A model generated the notes under the pieces. The model was not told the origin of the DNA and searched no databases. It was given only the letters and a program-made list of their open reading frames with translations. DNA of 64,000 nucleotides from Naegleria gruberi (lineage: Eukaryota): NCBI GenBank assembly GCA_000004985.1, contig GG738845.1; one strand, given 5' to 3'. Positions 10,187 to 21,384 of this stretch are shown piece by piece (position 1 is the first letter of the stretch; the number at the start of each line of letters is the position of its first letter). The position numbers were made by a program, and so were the translations under genes.

Positions 10187-11474
10187 TTATTTAGTAAATC
10201 TGGAAGGTTTGGAATACAATGCAGGTGGAAACATGACCTCCTTAATATTTTGGATTATTCCACGATTGTAAAAGCTCAAATCAAGAGATTTTCCATTTGT
10301 TGCCATATCAATCATTCTCTCTAACATTTTCATCTTCCATTCCTTTCGCACTTGCTTTTTCTTTTCAGTATTCTTCTTTTGAACTTCGTCTTGAGATTCC
10401 TCTTCTTCCTCTTCTTGATAGAGTTGATCATAAAGCTCTTGCAAATTGAACATTTTTCCTCCATTCTTTTTCTTTGTTTCAACATATCTGGTAACAACTT
10501 TCCACAACTCTTCCAAATCCTTCTTCTTGAAAGTTTCGCTAGTGGTGGTATTTGTGCAAACTAAATAGAAATGATAAAGCCAAAATCCAAAAATCATCAA
10601 TCCGCATGCTGCAATAAAGAACAATTGAGCAATTATCATAATGTGACGAGAGAGCATATATTGAATAATAATTGAAACAGATGCAGAAACTCTTTCTCCC
10701 TTATTATTCATAAATGTAGAACTCCACAAATTTTCCTCATCCACCAAACTCATCAATGTTTGAACATAAATATAAACTGCATAAACTACTAGAAGGAAAT
10801 TGCAAATCAAAAACGAGTGGAACCATCTATAATTCAACTCACCAACATCATTATTCAGCCATCCACAATAGTGATCAAATTTAGCAACACATTTTCCAGA
10901 AAGAGGACAGTGTTTAGAACGAGCTGGTCGAACAATATCACAAGTTGAACATTTTCTCTCGGAAATGTACATAACTTCATCGTATGGGAACGATTTTTCA
11001 AATTGTCTTTCCGTCTTTTTGGTAATAAATCCAGGATCAGAGAAGGAGGCAATCAAGAATGAACAATAGGTTATGATAAGTGCAACAAGGCCAGTGTAAC
11101 GATGATATTCTGGGATGTAAAGATTCGGAATTTCTCTGAATACTGTTACCAAGTAGAGAGCAACATTGATGCTGATAAGAGCCAAATAAACAATCTGTAC
11201 AGATAAATACGTAATAAATTAATGTATAATTTTGTGATCTAAATCTTACCTGCAAAATCGGATTTCTTGTATGGAGGAAATACTTTTCTGCACGTTTCAA
11301 ACATCCAATTCCGCAACACATTGAACAAATACGTTTAGGGCATTGTGTTAGGAATTTGTAGAATTTTCCAATATATCCATTCTTGTGGAAATCTGTTGGT
11401 CCCATCAAGAGTGTATACAGAATGAGGCCAGCCAATAGAGCATAACCATACAGAAAGATGAGGATTCCTAACAT
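10187..11474 (-). CDS. DHHC-type zinc-finger palmitoyltransferase. Two exons, 11474..11250 and 11194..10187.
   Basis: Exon 2 contains CVAKFDHYCGWLNNDVGELNYRWF (DHHC-CRD) and multiple transmembrane segments. The ORF-track pieces 11037..11474 and 10187..11185 join through a GTAAGA...TACAG intron. Confidence 0.75.
11195..11249 (-). other. Spliceosomal intron (DHHC gene), 55 nt
   Basis: Minus-strand ...TTGCAG|GTAAGATTTAGATC...TATCTGTACAG|ATTGTTTATTTGGCT. Splicing restores the frame (..NPILQ|IVYLALISINVALY..). Confidence 0.65.
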
Positions 11475-11649
11475 TTTTTTTGAAGTTTTTATTCTTTGTT
11501 ATCTTGGCTAATGAATCATGGTTGTTTCCTCATTATTATCAATCCTGTGTGTGATGGATCCATTATTGTTGTAATAATTGTGACCAGAGAGTGTTGAAAA
11601 CCTGGTTGGGTTTAGGTCGAATTATTCCTATTATCTACAACTTGTCAAT

Positions 11650-12075
11650 CTATTTGGTATCTGAAATTTTCTTCAAAATTTGACTCATTTGATGTTTGAG
11701 GACTGGCTGACCTCTGTTATTGGTTCTTCTCATGTATTTTCTCTTCTTTTCTCTTTCGTAATGTTTACGTTGGAGTTCCTCCTTGGCCTTGTTTTTTTCC
11801 TCTATTGCCTGTTGTTTTTCCATTTGTTTTCTTTCGAATTCCTCTCTTTCTTTTTTGAATGGATCTTTCTTGGTTTCCTTCTTTTCCTTCACTTTTTCCA
11901 TCTTTCTTTTATGTTGTTTGATAGAATCATCAAAATCATAGCCCATCTTGGAGATAGTCTTGAGATAAGAGTAGGCAACCTTCTTCTTTTCTTCCTTGTC
12001 CTTTGAAATTTTATTTAATTTTCTTTTATATTCAATATCGGACTTGCTTTCTGTGAGTCTTTCCAAGTTATTCAT
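11650..12075 (-). CDS. Small basic lysine-rich protein, FYV7-like rRNA-processing protein candidate
   Basis: C-terminal ...RRTNNRGQPVLKHQMSQILKKISDTK resembles the Fyv7 C-terminal pattern (R..GQP.M...I..LL.KI). The ORF-track start at 12144 is a TTG, and the first in-frame ATG is at 12075. Confidence 0.4.
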   Translation of the reverse strand: MNNLERLTESKSDIEYKRKLNKISKDKEEKKKVAYSYLKTISKMGYDFDDSIKQHKRKMEKVKEKKETKKDPFKKEREEFERKQMEKQQAIEEKNKAKEELQRKHYEREKKRKYMRRTNNRGQPVLKHQMSQILKKISDTK

Positions 12076-12342
12076 TTGGGGTTTGTTTGTACCCCTCTTT
12101 TTATGTGGTAGGCATTTTTTTGTTGTTTTTTTGATCTTCAACAAAGCTATTAATATTTCTCTTAAATCTCGTTGGTACCTCTTTCATCTCCAATTAAGGA
12201 TCATTTTATTTCATAACGGTTGCGAAATAGACTTTAAAAAAACTACAACAACAGGCGTTAAGGAAATTCGTTATTAATCACAACAATAAACTCCTCATCA
12301 AATCTTCATCTCTTGGTTATAGTAATAAAATAGCTTGTAAAT

Positions 12343-13059
12343 ATGCTCTCAGCAAGGAAAAAAGTTTCAGAAAATCCAGTGGATGTTCTTGGCAATAATC
12401 ATACATATGGCAAAAAGGTTGTTCCTGATGTTGAAGGGGCTCTCAAAGTAGTGCTTTCGTGGAAGGAAAATCAACCTCATAGAGATGAAACACCAGATAG
12501 AGATTTTAAGAAATTAAATGTGCTTAGTTTAAAGGAAAAACAAGTGTCTTCCTCTCAAATTTCGAACTTTAGAAAAAGTCACGATGCAAGAATAACCTCC
12601 CACAAGAAGGAAAAGAAAGCAGATCTTCTCCCTTCGGATGTAGATCCAAGCTTTGCTTATGGACATAGGAATGTTTTTGACCAAAAAGCTAAAGATTTGA
12701 TGGAACATCGATTCGCAGAGGAATGGGCAAAGAAAAAGGAAGAAACTGATCGTAGATTTAAGGAAGACAAAAAGCAAGAAATGTTATCATCTGTAAATAC
12801 AAGAGCAAAGTTGGATATTATGAAACGATCAGAGGATGCCAAAATCAAATTAACCCCCAGAGAGGACGATAGTTCCAATCAATTCAAAATGACAAAATTC
12901 AAAAATGTTCCTTCAAAAGTTGATTGTAAGAGAGATAGTCATCCTGGATATTCATTTAACAACAATGATACCTCCAATGGAGGTATTGATAATCAACACT
13001 ACAACAACCACAACAATCGCCATAGAACTGAATACACAATACACGTTGACCACGATTAA
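12343..13059 (+). CDS. Uncharacterised basic/acidic low-complexity protein
   Basis: 717-nt ORF with ATG start. Charged, Asn-rich tail. No family recognised. Confidence 0.4.
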   Translation: MLSARKKVSENPVDVLGNNHTYGKKVVPDVEGALKVVLSWKENQPHRDETPDRDFKKLNVLSLKEKQVSSSQISNFRKSHDARITSHKKEKKADLLPSDVDPSFAYGHRNVFDQKAKDLMEHRFAEEWAKKKEETDRRFKEDKKQEMLSSVNTRAKLDIMKRSEDAKIKLTPREDDSSNQFKMTKFKNVPSKVDCKRDSHPGYSFNNNDTSNGGIDNQHYNNHNNRHRTEYTIHVDHD

Positions 13060-13644
13060 TAAATATTTTCTAAATAGTAATATTTTAAATGTATATATTT
13101 TAAATATTGAGGAACATGAAGAGCTCAATTAAGAGTGCCATTTCGGCGGGGTAACTTTCGGTATAATACAGTAAGGATTAGAATCTAAAAAATCTTATGT
13201 TTCCATCCACTACAGCAGCTGATTCTGAGGTTATTCATGTGGTCTCTAATAGTGCATCTCAACAGAAGGAATCATCATCTGAATCACCCTTAGTAGCATT
13301 CTTTGTTTCATTGTGAAATAGAGTAATCAAATCGTACCACACATGTCAGATCACAAAGCTCGTCCCAAGAGAATCACATCAAATGATTGGGATTTTGGTA
13401 AGTCCAGAAGTTGATCACAACCATCTCAGCAGTGGCATACCCAAATTAAGCATCACTACGAAATGGATTGTTCAATCATTGAATTATTCAACAGAAATGA
13501 GACCCTCAAAGGATCAACAAGATGTTTAACTGAGTAGAAATGATATACATTATTTATGTCAAAAGGTTGTCTTATCAATATCCCGCCAATTTTAAAATTG
13601 AATTAAAAAATTACAGTTCAAACCAATCACAACATCTTTAAAAA

Positions 13645-15809
13645 ATGAATGAATCCCTAAATTTGAGCAGTATCATAAATGAGGAGTCGATTAATAACTC
13701 TAACAATGAATATCTAAGAAAGAGTTCAGATAGTGAAGAGGATATTTCCAAGACTGTAGAGGAACATTATAATCACATTCATGTTTGCGTACGAGTCTCT
13801 CCTGTACCAGGTATGTAGATTTCTCTAGTATCATTCATGTTTTATTGAATCAAATAGCTGAGGAAGCGAGTGCTAATGCTCAAAATATTGTTGAAATATC
13901 GGATGTAAACAAGTTGATTGCCTATCACCCTGAAAGTAGAGAGGGTTTGCTCTATTCATTTGACAATTGTTTTGATTCAGAAACAACAAACAACACAATC
14001 TTTGAGAGTGTTTGTGTACCAGTATTGAATGCCGTGATTGAGGGTTATAATGGAACTATTATTTCCTATGGATCTTCTCGAACAGGAAAAACTGAAATGA
14101 TGATTGGAAATGAAAGAGAGGAAGGAATTGTTGATTTGACATTCAGAGAAGGCTATTCCTATCTCTCTTCAGTTTCTGACAAGGTGGATTATAGTATTTC
14201 TTTTTCTTTCTGGGAAATGAGTAATGATTCGATTTTGGATTTACTTGATTTGAATGAGGGGAAAGAGCTCAAATTAAAAAGAAGTGGAAAGGAAGGGGTA
14301 TTTATCACAAATCTATCTGAACATCAAGTTGACAGTTGGGAGCATCTTCAATCACTAATTGATAATGGTATAAGAAGAAGCCAACAATTGACTGCTCAAA
14401 GAAAAATTAGGTTGCACTCCTTTATGAGATTAAGGCTCACAAGAAACAATTACGATCACCCAGAAGAGGATGTCTCATCTTCTTTTATGTTTGTAAACTT
14501 GAAGGGTACCGAAAGAATTGGTAAAATTGGAGCAAAGGGAGATCATATGAAGGAAGGAGCAAGTTTAAACATGAGTATGATTGCTTTCGGTAACGCAATT
14601 CACAATGTAGTCAACCACACACGAGTTAAAAAGGATACAGCTATCAATATTAACAGTTTATTTGGAGACTCTCAAGTAACTGCCATGATGAGCGATTCTC
14701 TTGGTGGAAAGAGTGCCACAGTAATTATTGGATCTATTTCTCAAACGGAATTCCACTATCTTGAAACAATGGAAGTTTTGGAAAATCTCAGAATTGCAAG
14801 ACACATCCTCTCAAAACCTGTAAAACAAGTCTTGAACTCTAAAATCAAAAAGCTCTATAATAAGATTAAAAAACTCGAAACAAGCATTCCAGAAGATAAA
14901 CTAGCCCCTGGCCATCCCCCAACTGAACAGCAAGAGGAATTGGAATACTACAAGAGATTATACAGGAAATACCTTGATGGATTGGTAGATGACGAAGATT
15001 TGGACAAACCAATGGAAACAAATCCTTCTCTTCAAGATATTCCTGAATTGGAATTATCAAAAACGGATCAATTATGGAAACAAAATGATGCCAAGAGTCA
15101 GAGACATGGTATTCGTGCCACAGTTTATAAACCCTCATCACTTCAAGGGAAACCAAAGGAAACTTACAAAGGACAATGGAAAGGTCATCAAAAACATGGC
15201 TACGGAGAGGTTGATAATGAAAAGGTAAATTATAAAGGTGGTTGGGCAAATGATAAAAAGCATGGTAAGGGATCCCTATATTCAAAGGAAAAAAACAGAA
15301 GAGTATTTCTGGGAGAATTCCAAAACGATAAGAAGCATGGAAAGGGTGTATTTTATTATGAAAATGGAGAAATTTATGACGGTGAATGGAAGGACGACAA
15401 AAGGTGTGGCTATGGAGTCATGTACTATCTTGATGGAACGAAATATGAAGGAGAATGGGAAAATGATATGAGAGGAGGTAATGGAGCCTGTGTGGAAAAG
15501 AATGGAGATAGATTCGAAGGTTCCTTCCTGAATGGATTGAAGCATGGTCCAGGAGTGTATTACTATATCACACAAGGTCAAAAGTATGTTGGGGAATGGT
15601 TTAAAGGTGTTGCAAAGTGTGGTCAACTATATTCAGATATTGATTATACAGAAGAAGGAATGGACAGTTTTGAGAGCTCAACAAAAATTCCAGAAAATCA
15701 ACTGCAAGATAGAATGAAAGTTATTGAAGATGCAGTCACATCTGTTCGTATTCAAATGCAACAAGAACATTTACTCCCTTCTGCAATAAGAGAAAATATT
15801 TACGAGTGA
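13645..15809 (+). CDS. Divergent kinesin-like motor domain fused to about seven C-terminal MORN repeats. Two exons, 13645..13810 and 13858..15809.
   Basis: Exon 1 ends ..IHVCVRVSPVP, a kinesin N-terminal motif. The P-loop GSSRTGKT is retained, but switch II is NLKGTE rather than DLAGSE. The C-terminus has repeated Y.G.W..D.KHG.G units (MORN). Confidence 0.6.
13811..13857 (+). other. Spliceosomal intron (kinesin-MORN gene), 47 nt
   Basis: cctgtaccag|GTATGTAGATTTCTCTAG...TTGAATCAAATAG|ctgaggaagcg. It is phase 1 and joins the short exon 1 to the ORF-track ORF 13785..15809. Confidence 0.6.
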
Positions 15810-15856
15810 ATCAGGATTGAATTTAAAATAGATACGTGGCACTATCAACCAAAAAA

Positions 15857-16219
15857 ATGTCTGCAACCACCGAAAACAAAGTCACTTTCAAGATTACTTT
15901 AACATCACACCCAAAGCAACCTTTTAGAACGTATGTAAATAAATGATTGACCATTTCCGATCATTGAATTAATCATCACACATATTGTAACAATTAATAA
16001 TAACAATCAAACGGGATTAGAATCAAGGTTCCTGAAAGTGCACCATTCACTGCTGTTTTGAAGTATGCTGCTGAAGAATTCCAAATTTCTGCTGAAACTA
16101 GTGCAATTCTCTCCAATGATGGTATCGGTATTAATCCTAGTCAAACTGCAGGAAACGTTTGGCTCAAGTATGGTACAGATTTACGTATTATTCCAAGAGA
16201 CAAAGTCGGTGGATTTTAA
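15857..16219 (+). CDS. UFM1: Ubiquitin-fold modifier 1 (UFM1). Two exons, 15857..15930 and 16021..16219.
   Basis: Spliced translation is [25 protein letters not shown]|[65 protein letters not shown]. This is nearly collinear with human UFM1 (..[80 protein letters not shown]..). Neither exon is in the ORF track. Confidence 0.85.
15931..16020 (+). other. Spliceosomal intron (UFM1), 90 nt
   Basis: ttttagaac|GTATGTAAATAAATG...AAACGGGATTAG|aatcaaggttcc. Phase 2. Exon reading frames confirmed by UFM1 homology on both sides. Confidence 0.8.
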
Positions 16220-16394
16220 TTAAATTATATTTTCTTGAACGGATTTTAATGATTTATTCAGGACTAATTAGTTGTGCCATCAATAACCCATTATCAACCT
16301 TCTCCATATTCCATCTAAAATTTTAAATATTGGATTTGAAAATATTCCGAATATCAAGAGTATGAAACCAATTTCCAACTCCTCTACTATATCG

Positions 16395-16607
16395 TTAAAT
16401 CTTTTCCGATGATTGTTTTAAATCAACCTTGATGGTCACATCTGGCTTCAAAATTCTGTGGGCAACTTCGGCACCCAAGAAGATACTGGCAATACTCAAA
16501 GATGTAATCAAGAGAAAACGACTAGACGATTTTTTAAGTGGGATTGCGCTCTTGGCAAGTTTTTGTTCCTCTGCAGGTGCTTGACCTGGTTTTTTGATTA
16601 TTTTCAT
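16395..16607 (-). CDS. Small (70 aa) single-pass membrane protein, unassigned
   Basis: ATG in an A-rich context (aaaaaaATG). One hydrophobic segment FLLITSLSIASIFLGAEVA. Possibly a small ER-translocon or tail-anchor-type subunit, but no confident family match. Confidence 0.3.
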   Translation of the reverse strand: MKIIKKPGQAPAEEQKLAKSAIPLKKSSSRFLLITSLSIASIFLGAEVAHRILKPDVTIKVDLKQSSEKI

Positions 16608-16871
16608 TTTTTTAATATTTAAATCAATTGTTGTTACAAACAGTTATTATTTTCTGATTAGAAACAGAATATGTTAAATATATTAATTTAACTTTTAAAT
16701 CTGTGTTTAAATCTCAAAAATATTAGTATCATCTGGACTATAAATTCTCATATTTTGATAAACAACTATTAAAATTTCGCGCCCAAATTTAAAATTTAAA
16801 AAAAAAATACAGTGTTTTCAGTTTAAACACATTTAAAAACCGAGTGATCTTATTGTTGTTGCTATTCTATT

Positions 16872-18251
16872 ATGACTACTCCTAACAACAATGGAGGAGT
16901 ATCCATGAATCTGTCCACAACATTAGATTCAAACACGCCTCCACTACCTCCTCCAATGCAAGTTGGAATGTCATCAAGTCCTAGTTTAGGTTTCAATCCA
17001 ACACCGGCTTCAATGATTCCACACCATCACCACCATCAATATCAACAACAGCAACATCCTAATACATACATGATGAATTCACCTTCTTCTTCTTCTCACA
17101 CAATTCTGCCATTTGGACCAACACCTACAATGGCAAGCCAATCTCAACAATCTTTCCCTTCACTAATTTCTCCCATCTCGAATCCATTTCCTTCCATCCA
17201 TACCTCTATTCCACCAACACATTTTCTATCCATGAATATGGCTTCACAGCCATCTCTTGCCACAACAGGTTTGGACAAAAGACGAAGAAATCCCTCCTCC
17301 AAAAGAAGTTTGGAAGAAGAAGATGAGGAAGACAATCAAAACAATATTGAAATTGATGATTCGGGTGACCAAGAAGAGCCTCCAACAACAAGAGCAAAAC
17401 CAATCGAATTAAAATTACAACATCAACAACAACCAAAATTCGTGGACAATAATGCAAAAGGATGTAATTGTAAAAAAACTGGTTGTTTAAAACGATATTG
17501 TGAATGCTTTCAGAACAATAAGAGATGTACCATAAAATGTCGTTGTCAGGGTTGCAAAAACTATCATGAATGTCCTGATTTACATAGAGTTTTGGAAAAA
17601 CAAACAAAATCTGGAGCAGGACCACAAACTTCAACTAGTGCAACACAAAGAAAGACTCAAAAAAGAAAAACCAATCTGGTTTCGCAAGCTCCACCTAGCT
17701 CTTCAAATAATACCACTCAATCAAGACCGCCAATTGGAAGTCCTTCAATATTAGGTGGAGGTATTGTTATGGCTCATGGAAGTGTGTCACAATTCAGTCC
17801 CTTAACGTTTACTAACCCACAAATTGCTTCATCTCTTCATCAAAATTCATTAAGCTGTATTTATGGGGAGGAAAAGATTGTGGAACTTTGTAAAAAACTA
17901 GTATTGGCTGCTATTCAACAAGAACAGGTCTTTAAGGATGAATGGAAACAAGATAATTCTGCACCAAAAACACCGAAATCAGCTAGAAAAGAGGGTAATC
18001 AACAAGTTAACAACTTTTTACTTTGTGACGAGGATGACATGCACCAAGCAGCTCAACCACAGACAAGTTCTAACAGAAAAGTTTATCCAAAAGGATTTGA
18101 GAATGCTCTTGGAATATCTTTGAATGGACGTATCACATCAGAGTTTAAACATTTCCTCTTATCAGGAGTGCAAACATTGAAATCCCAACAACAAGCAACC
18201 GAAACTCAAAACATTCTAAATAATAGCATGAATGGTATGCAGTATCAATAG
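16872..18251 (+). CDS. CXC (tesmin/TSO1/LIN54-type cysteine-rich) domain protein
   Basis: ...GCNCKKTGCLKRYCECFQNNKRCTIKCRCQGCKNYHECPD is a CXC/CRC module. The N-terminus is His/Gln-rich low complexity. Confidence 0.55.
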   Translation: MTTPNNNGGVSMNLSTTLDSNTPPLPPPMQVGMSSSPSLGFNPTPASMIPHHHHHQYQQQQHPNTYMMNSPSSSSHTILPFGPTPTMASQSQQSFPSLISPISNPFPSIHTSIPPTHFLSMNMASQPSLATTGLDKRRRNPSSKRSLEEEDEEDNQNNIEIDDSGDQEEPPTTRAKPIELKLQHQQQPKFVDNNAKGCNCKKTGCLKRYCECFQNNKRCTIKCRCQGCKNYHECPDLHRVLEKQTKSGAGPQTSTSATQRKTQKRKTNLVSQAPPSSSNNTTQSRPPIGSPSILGGGIVMAHGSVSQFSPLTFTNPQIASSLHQNSLSCIYGEEKIVELCKKLVLAAIQQEQVFKDEWKQDNSAPKTPKSARKEGNQQVNNFLLCDEDDMHQAAQPQTSSNRKVYPKGFENALGISLNGRITSEFKHFLLSGVQTLKSQQQATETQNILNNSMNGMQYQ

Positions 18252-18415
18252 AATAAACTCAGAGTAAATTGATACATTTGTCTAATTATATTTGGACTTC
18301 TAAACCTTATTAATATCATTAACATATTTTAAACGAAAATGCAAATTAAACTCATCATTTCCCGCCAATAAAAAATTTTAACGTTCAAAAATCAGAATAT
18401 ATTTATTTAAAAAAA

Positions 18416-19192
18416 ATGCAAAATCAACAACAGGATGATAAAATGGAGCTGTCATCATCGCAGCAAGTAGAATTTATTGATAAATTTATGGGCAGTCCTG
18501 TGCTCTCTATTATAGAGGATCTATACAATATCGCACAAGCTTTTATTTCGGATGGCTATGACCACTTTCAACAAACACTTTTAAATCATATAATATCATC
18601 AAATCCTAATATGACAAAAGATGAGGCAAAGGAAATTGATAGAATGTTAGATGATGCTGTGGAACGAATGTTCAATATGAGTATTCAATCCCTAAATTCA
18701 CAATTTGACATTTTTGAACAATTTGTAAAAACGTATTGCTTTAACGAACCACAAATTCCAACCGAATGCCAGGAATCTTTTTGTAAATTAGTAAACCAAG
18801 ATATTATGGAACTCAATAATGAGGCTTCCAACACAGTGGAAGATGAGGACATTTTGAAGTTAATTTCCGAAATTAATCAAATTCAAGAACAAACAAACAG
18901 TTCTTATTCTGAATTGTGTCAAGGTATCACACAAAGTAGACAGTTATTACTGCAACGACAAGAAATTGACAAACACCTTCTCTATTATCATGAAAACGTA
19001 CAAAAGATTGATTTCATTCATGAAAAGCTTAGACATTTTTCAATTGATTTGGAAGAGACAATCAAGTCATTAATTGAACAAGGTAAAAAACTGCACGAAC
19101 AATACGTGAATACCAAGCAAGTTTATGAACAATTCTTTGGACTTCCAGCTAGAGAAGCTGATGCAAAAGAAAGCTATTTCCTGAGGAAATAA
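18416..19192 (+). CDS. Uncharacterised 258-aa protein, weak Mis12-like kinetochore protein candidate
   Basis: N-terminal ..EFIDKFMGSPVLSIIEDLYNIAQAFISDG.. resembles the Mis12 N-terminal pattern (F.GF.P......I......). Coiled-coil C-terminus. Low confidence. Confidence 0.3.
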   Translation: MQNQQQDDKMELSSSQQVEFIDKFMGSPVLSIIEDLYNIAQAFISDGYDHFQQTLLNHIISSNPNMTKDEAKEIDRMLDDAVERMFNMSIQSLNSQFDIFEQFVKTYCFNEPQIPTECQESFCKLVNQDIMELNNEASNTVEDEDILKLISEINQIQEQTNSSYSELCQGITQSRQLLLQRQEIDKHLLYYHENVQKIDFIHEKLRHFSIDLEETIKSLIEQGKKLHEQYVNTKQVYEQFFGLPAREADAKESYFLRK

Positions 19193-19374
19193 TTGCCACT
19201 ATAATCATCCACCCTAAGCCTGACTTTAAGTCACCTAAGAACTAATTAAATTTATTATTTATTCTTCATCCATATTCCTATAAACTTTGAAAATATATTC
19301 ATTTCAGTTCGTCATAGTAACCACAGTACACTTGAAAATCAATTCCACAACATCATATTACTCTCCATTCAAAT

Positions 19375-19767
19375 CTAATTGTCAACCTTGACTTGACCAA
19401 CTTTTGGTCCTTGTGGATCCGATGCAGAAACAATTTTAGCACTTTTATCATAAAAATAAAGAACTTTGGATCTAACAAGATTTTCCTCTTCAATTTCCTT
19501 TTTCAATGAATTAAATTGTCTTCTACAATCCAAATATGATTCTTTAAATTCAGCACACATTATTTCTGGCTTGTTGTTTTGATATTCACGTTCACATTTA
19601 GCAAACAATTGCAACAAATCTTGACATGGTTTTTCTGGAACGTATTCCTTGTTGGAAAATAATACTGGTGCATTACTAAAATAGCTTTGTGTTGTTAAAA
19701 GGTTGGAGATGTAATTTTGTGTAATTTCTTCTTCCGATTTATGTTTTTCCTCTTTATTTCCGTCCAT
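19375..19767 (-). CDS. Twin Cx9C (CHCH-domain) protein, likely mitochondrial intermembrane space
   Basis: CQDLLQLFAKC and CAEFKESYLDC are two C-x9-C motifs at CHCH spacing. 130 aa. Confidence 0.6.
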   Translation of the reverse strand: MDGNKEEKHKSEEEITQNYISNLLTTQSYFSNAPVLFSNKEYVPEKPCQDLLQLFAKCEREYQNNKPEIMCAEFKESYLDCRRQFNSLKKEIEEENLVRSKVLYFYDKSAKIVSASDPQGPKVGQVKVDN

Positions 19768-19831
19768 TTTTTAATAAAATAATTAAAAATTAATCAATTA
19801 TTAAACTTTCAATTTTTAACTGTTTTATTGG

Positions 19832-21235
19832 TTAAATAATTTGATTATCAATATTTTTAATATCTAAAAGATGGTATGAAAGTACACTGTCAAATGAACC
19901 AATGCCATATTCATACTGTAGAGTTGATGATTGATTATTTAAATACTGGGAAGCATGCTTATTCATTGTCGTTTTCAAAATATCTAAAAATTCGCTGTTT
20001 GATATTTCTATCTGGTGAGACAATTCGCCCACTACAACACTACAATTCGTCTTTTGCTTTTTTGTAAAAATTCTCAATAACGTGTCAAAGTATGAGAAAC
20101 ACAACTCAATCATTTCACATGTAACCTCCACTCCACACACAAACATTGAATGACTCTCAGTCGAAATTACAAAATCTCTAATTAAAATGATGATTTGCTT
20201 TAGCAAATGGGGTATAAAATCCAAACGTTCATCCAGAAAATCAATGAGAGGTCTGAGCTTATTCACTATATGATCAGGTTTCGTCTTGGCAGTATTATAT
20301 TGTGGAGAAACTAGCACAGCCAATAAAAATGACTGTACGATGAAAGAGCAAGAGGGTCCTCTAGTGTGTTGAAGAATCCTTTCTTCAATTTTCTCTAATT
20401 CTTTCGTGGCAGCTTCTATTTTTTCTTTCCTTCTTTGCTTTTCCTTCTTGTCGAATGCCTCTTCAACTTGTGGTAATTCCTTCCTCTTATTGAATTGAAT
20501 AATGTATTGATTAGAGTATTGAATCCATTCCTTTTGAAAGTTGAGAATGTATTCCTCTTGGTTATCCCAATATTTAGTCTTCATCCATTTGAGAGCTTGT
20601 TTGGCACAATTTTCCAAAATTTCAATGGATGGAAACTTTCTATGTGAAATTTCATTTCTTACATCCACCAATAGTTTTGGACAATCAGCTTGTCTTGAAC
20701 CAAGAGCTAAACTAGATGACTGTGTCTTCTTACCATCCTTACTGAACAAATTGACAAATCTAACAATGGCATTGCTCAAAGCCTGTTCCTTAATCGATTT
20801 AATATTCAATCTATTATGTTTTGAATCAATCCTCTGATCGATCTTTAATGCTTCCAAGAATAAATAGCTCGATTCTACTATTGTGGAAGTTTGAATCCTA
20901 AATTTACTCTTCCAAACACCCAATATTTCAATTGATTTTTCTCTCAATGATTCCTTTTCCCTAGTAGGGCTATTATTCATCCAAACTCCATCATCCGAAA
21001 ATAAATTCCTCTTTACAAATAACCACTCATTCCAATCATACCACGATACGAGAGGACAATCCTGATTATTAAAATCCAAATTATATCGCACCGATTGTTC
21101 ACATTTGTACTGTTTATCTTGTTCTCTGTGTTGTTGTTGTGTGGAGTAGAGTTGTGAGCCCTCTCCTTGATTTTTCCTTTTCGTTGATGGTTGCAAAGTT
21201 TGTTGTTGACAATCAATAGGTGTCTTTCTCTTCAT
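19832..21235 (-). CDS. LAS1-like pre-rRNA processing endonuclease (HEPN-type)
   Basis: N-terminal ..CPLVSWYDWNEWLFVKRNLF.. and ..VRNEISHRKFPSIE.. (R-x4-H HEPN-like motif preceding PS(I/L)E), as in Las1 family proteins. Confidence 0.5.
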   Translation of the reverse strand: MKRKTPIDCQQQTLQPSTKRKNQGEGSQLYSTQQQHREQDKQYKCEQSVRYNLDFNNQDCPLVSWYDWNEWLFVKRNLFSDDGVWMNNSPTREKESLREKSIEILGVWKSKFRIQTSTIVESSYLFLEALKIDQRIDSKHNRLNIKSIKEQALSNAIVRFVNLFSKDGKKTQSSSLALGSRQADCPKLLVDVRNEISHRKFPSIEILENCAKQALKWMKTKYWDNQEEYILNFQKEWIQYSNQYIIQFNKRKELPQVEEAFDKKEKQRRKEKIEAATKELEKIEERILQHTRGPSCSFIVQSFLLAVLVSPQYNTAKTKPDHIVNKLRPLIDFLDERLDFIPHLLKQIIILIRDFVISTESHSMFVCGVEVTCEMIELCFSYFDTLLRIFTKKQKTNCSVVVGELSHQIEISNSEFLDILKTTMNKHASQYLNNQSSTLQYEYGIGSFDSVLSYHLLDIKNIDNQII

Positions 21236-21384
21236 TTTTTTAGTAGGAAAAGAGGTTGTTATATTCTCATCTATTCCATGAATTATAACAAACTCTTTTA
21301 ATAATCTAATATATTTTCAAGTAATAATTAATAAATCATGTTAATATAATTAAATTATTTTAGAGTTTGATATGTTTGAAAAAA

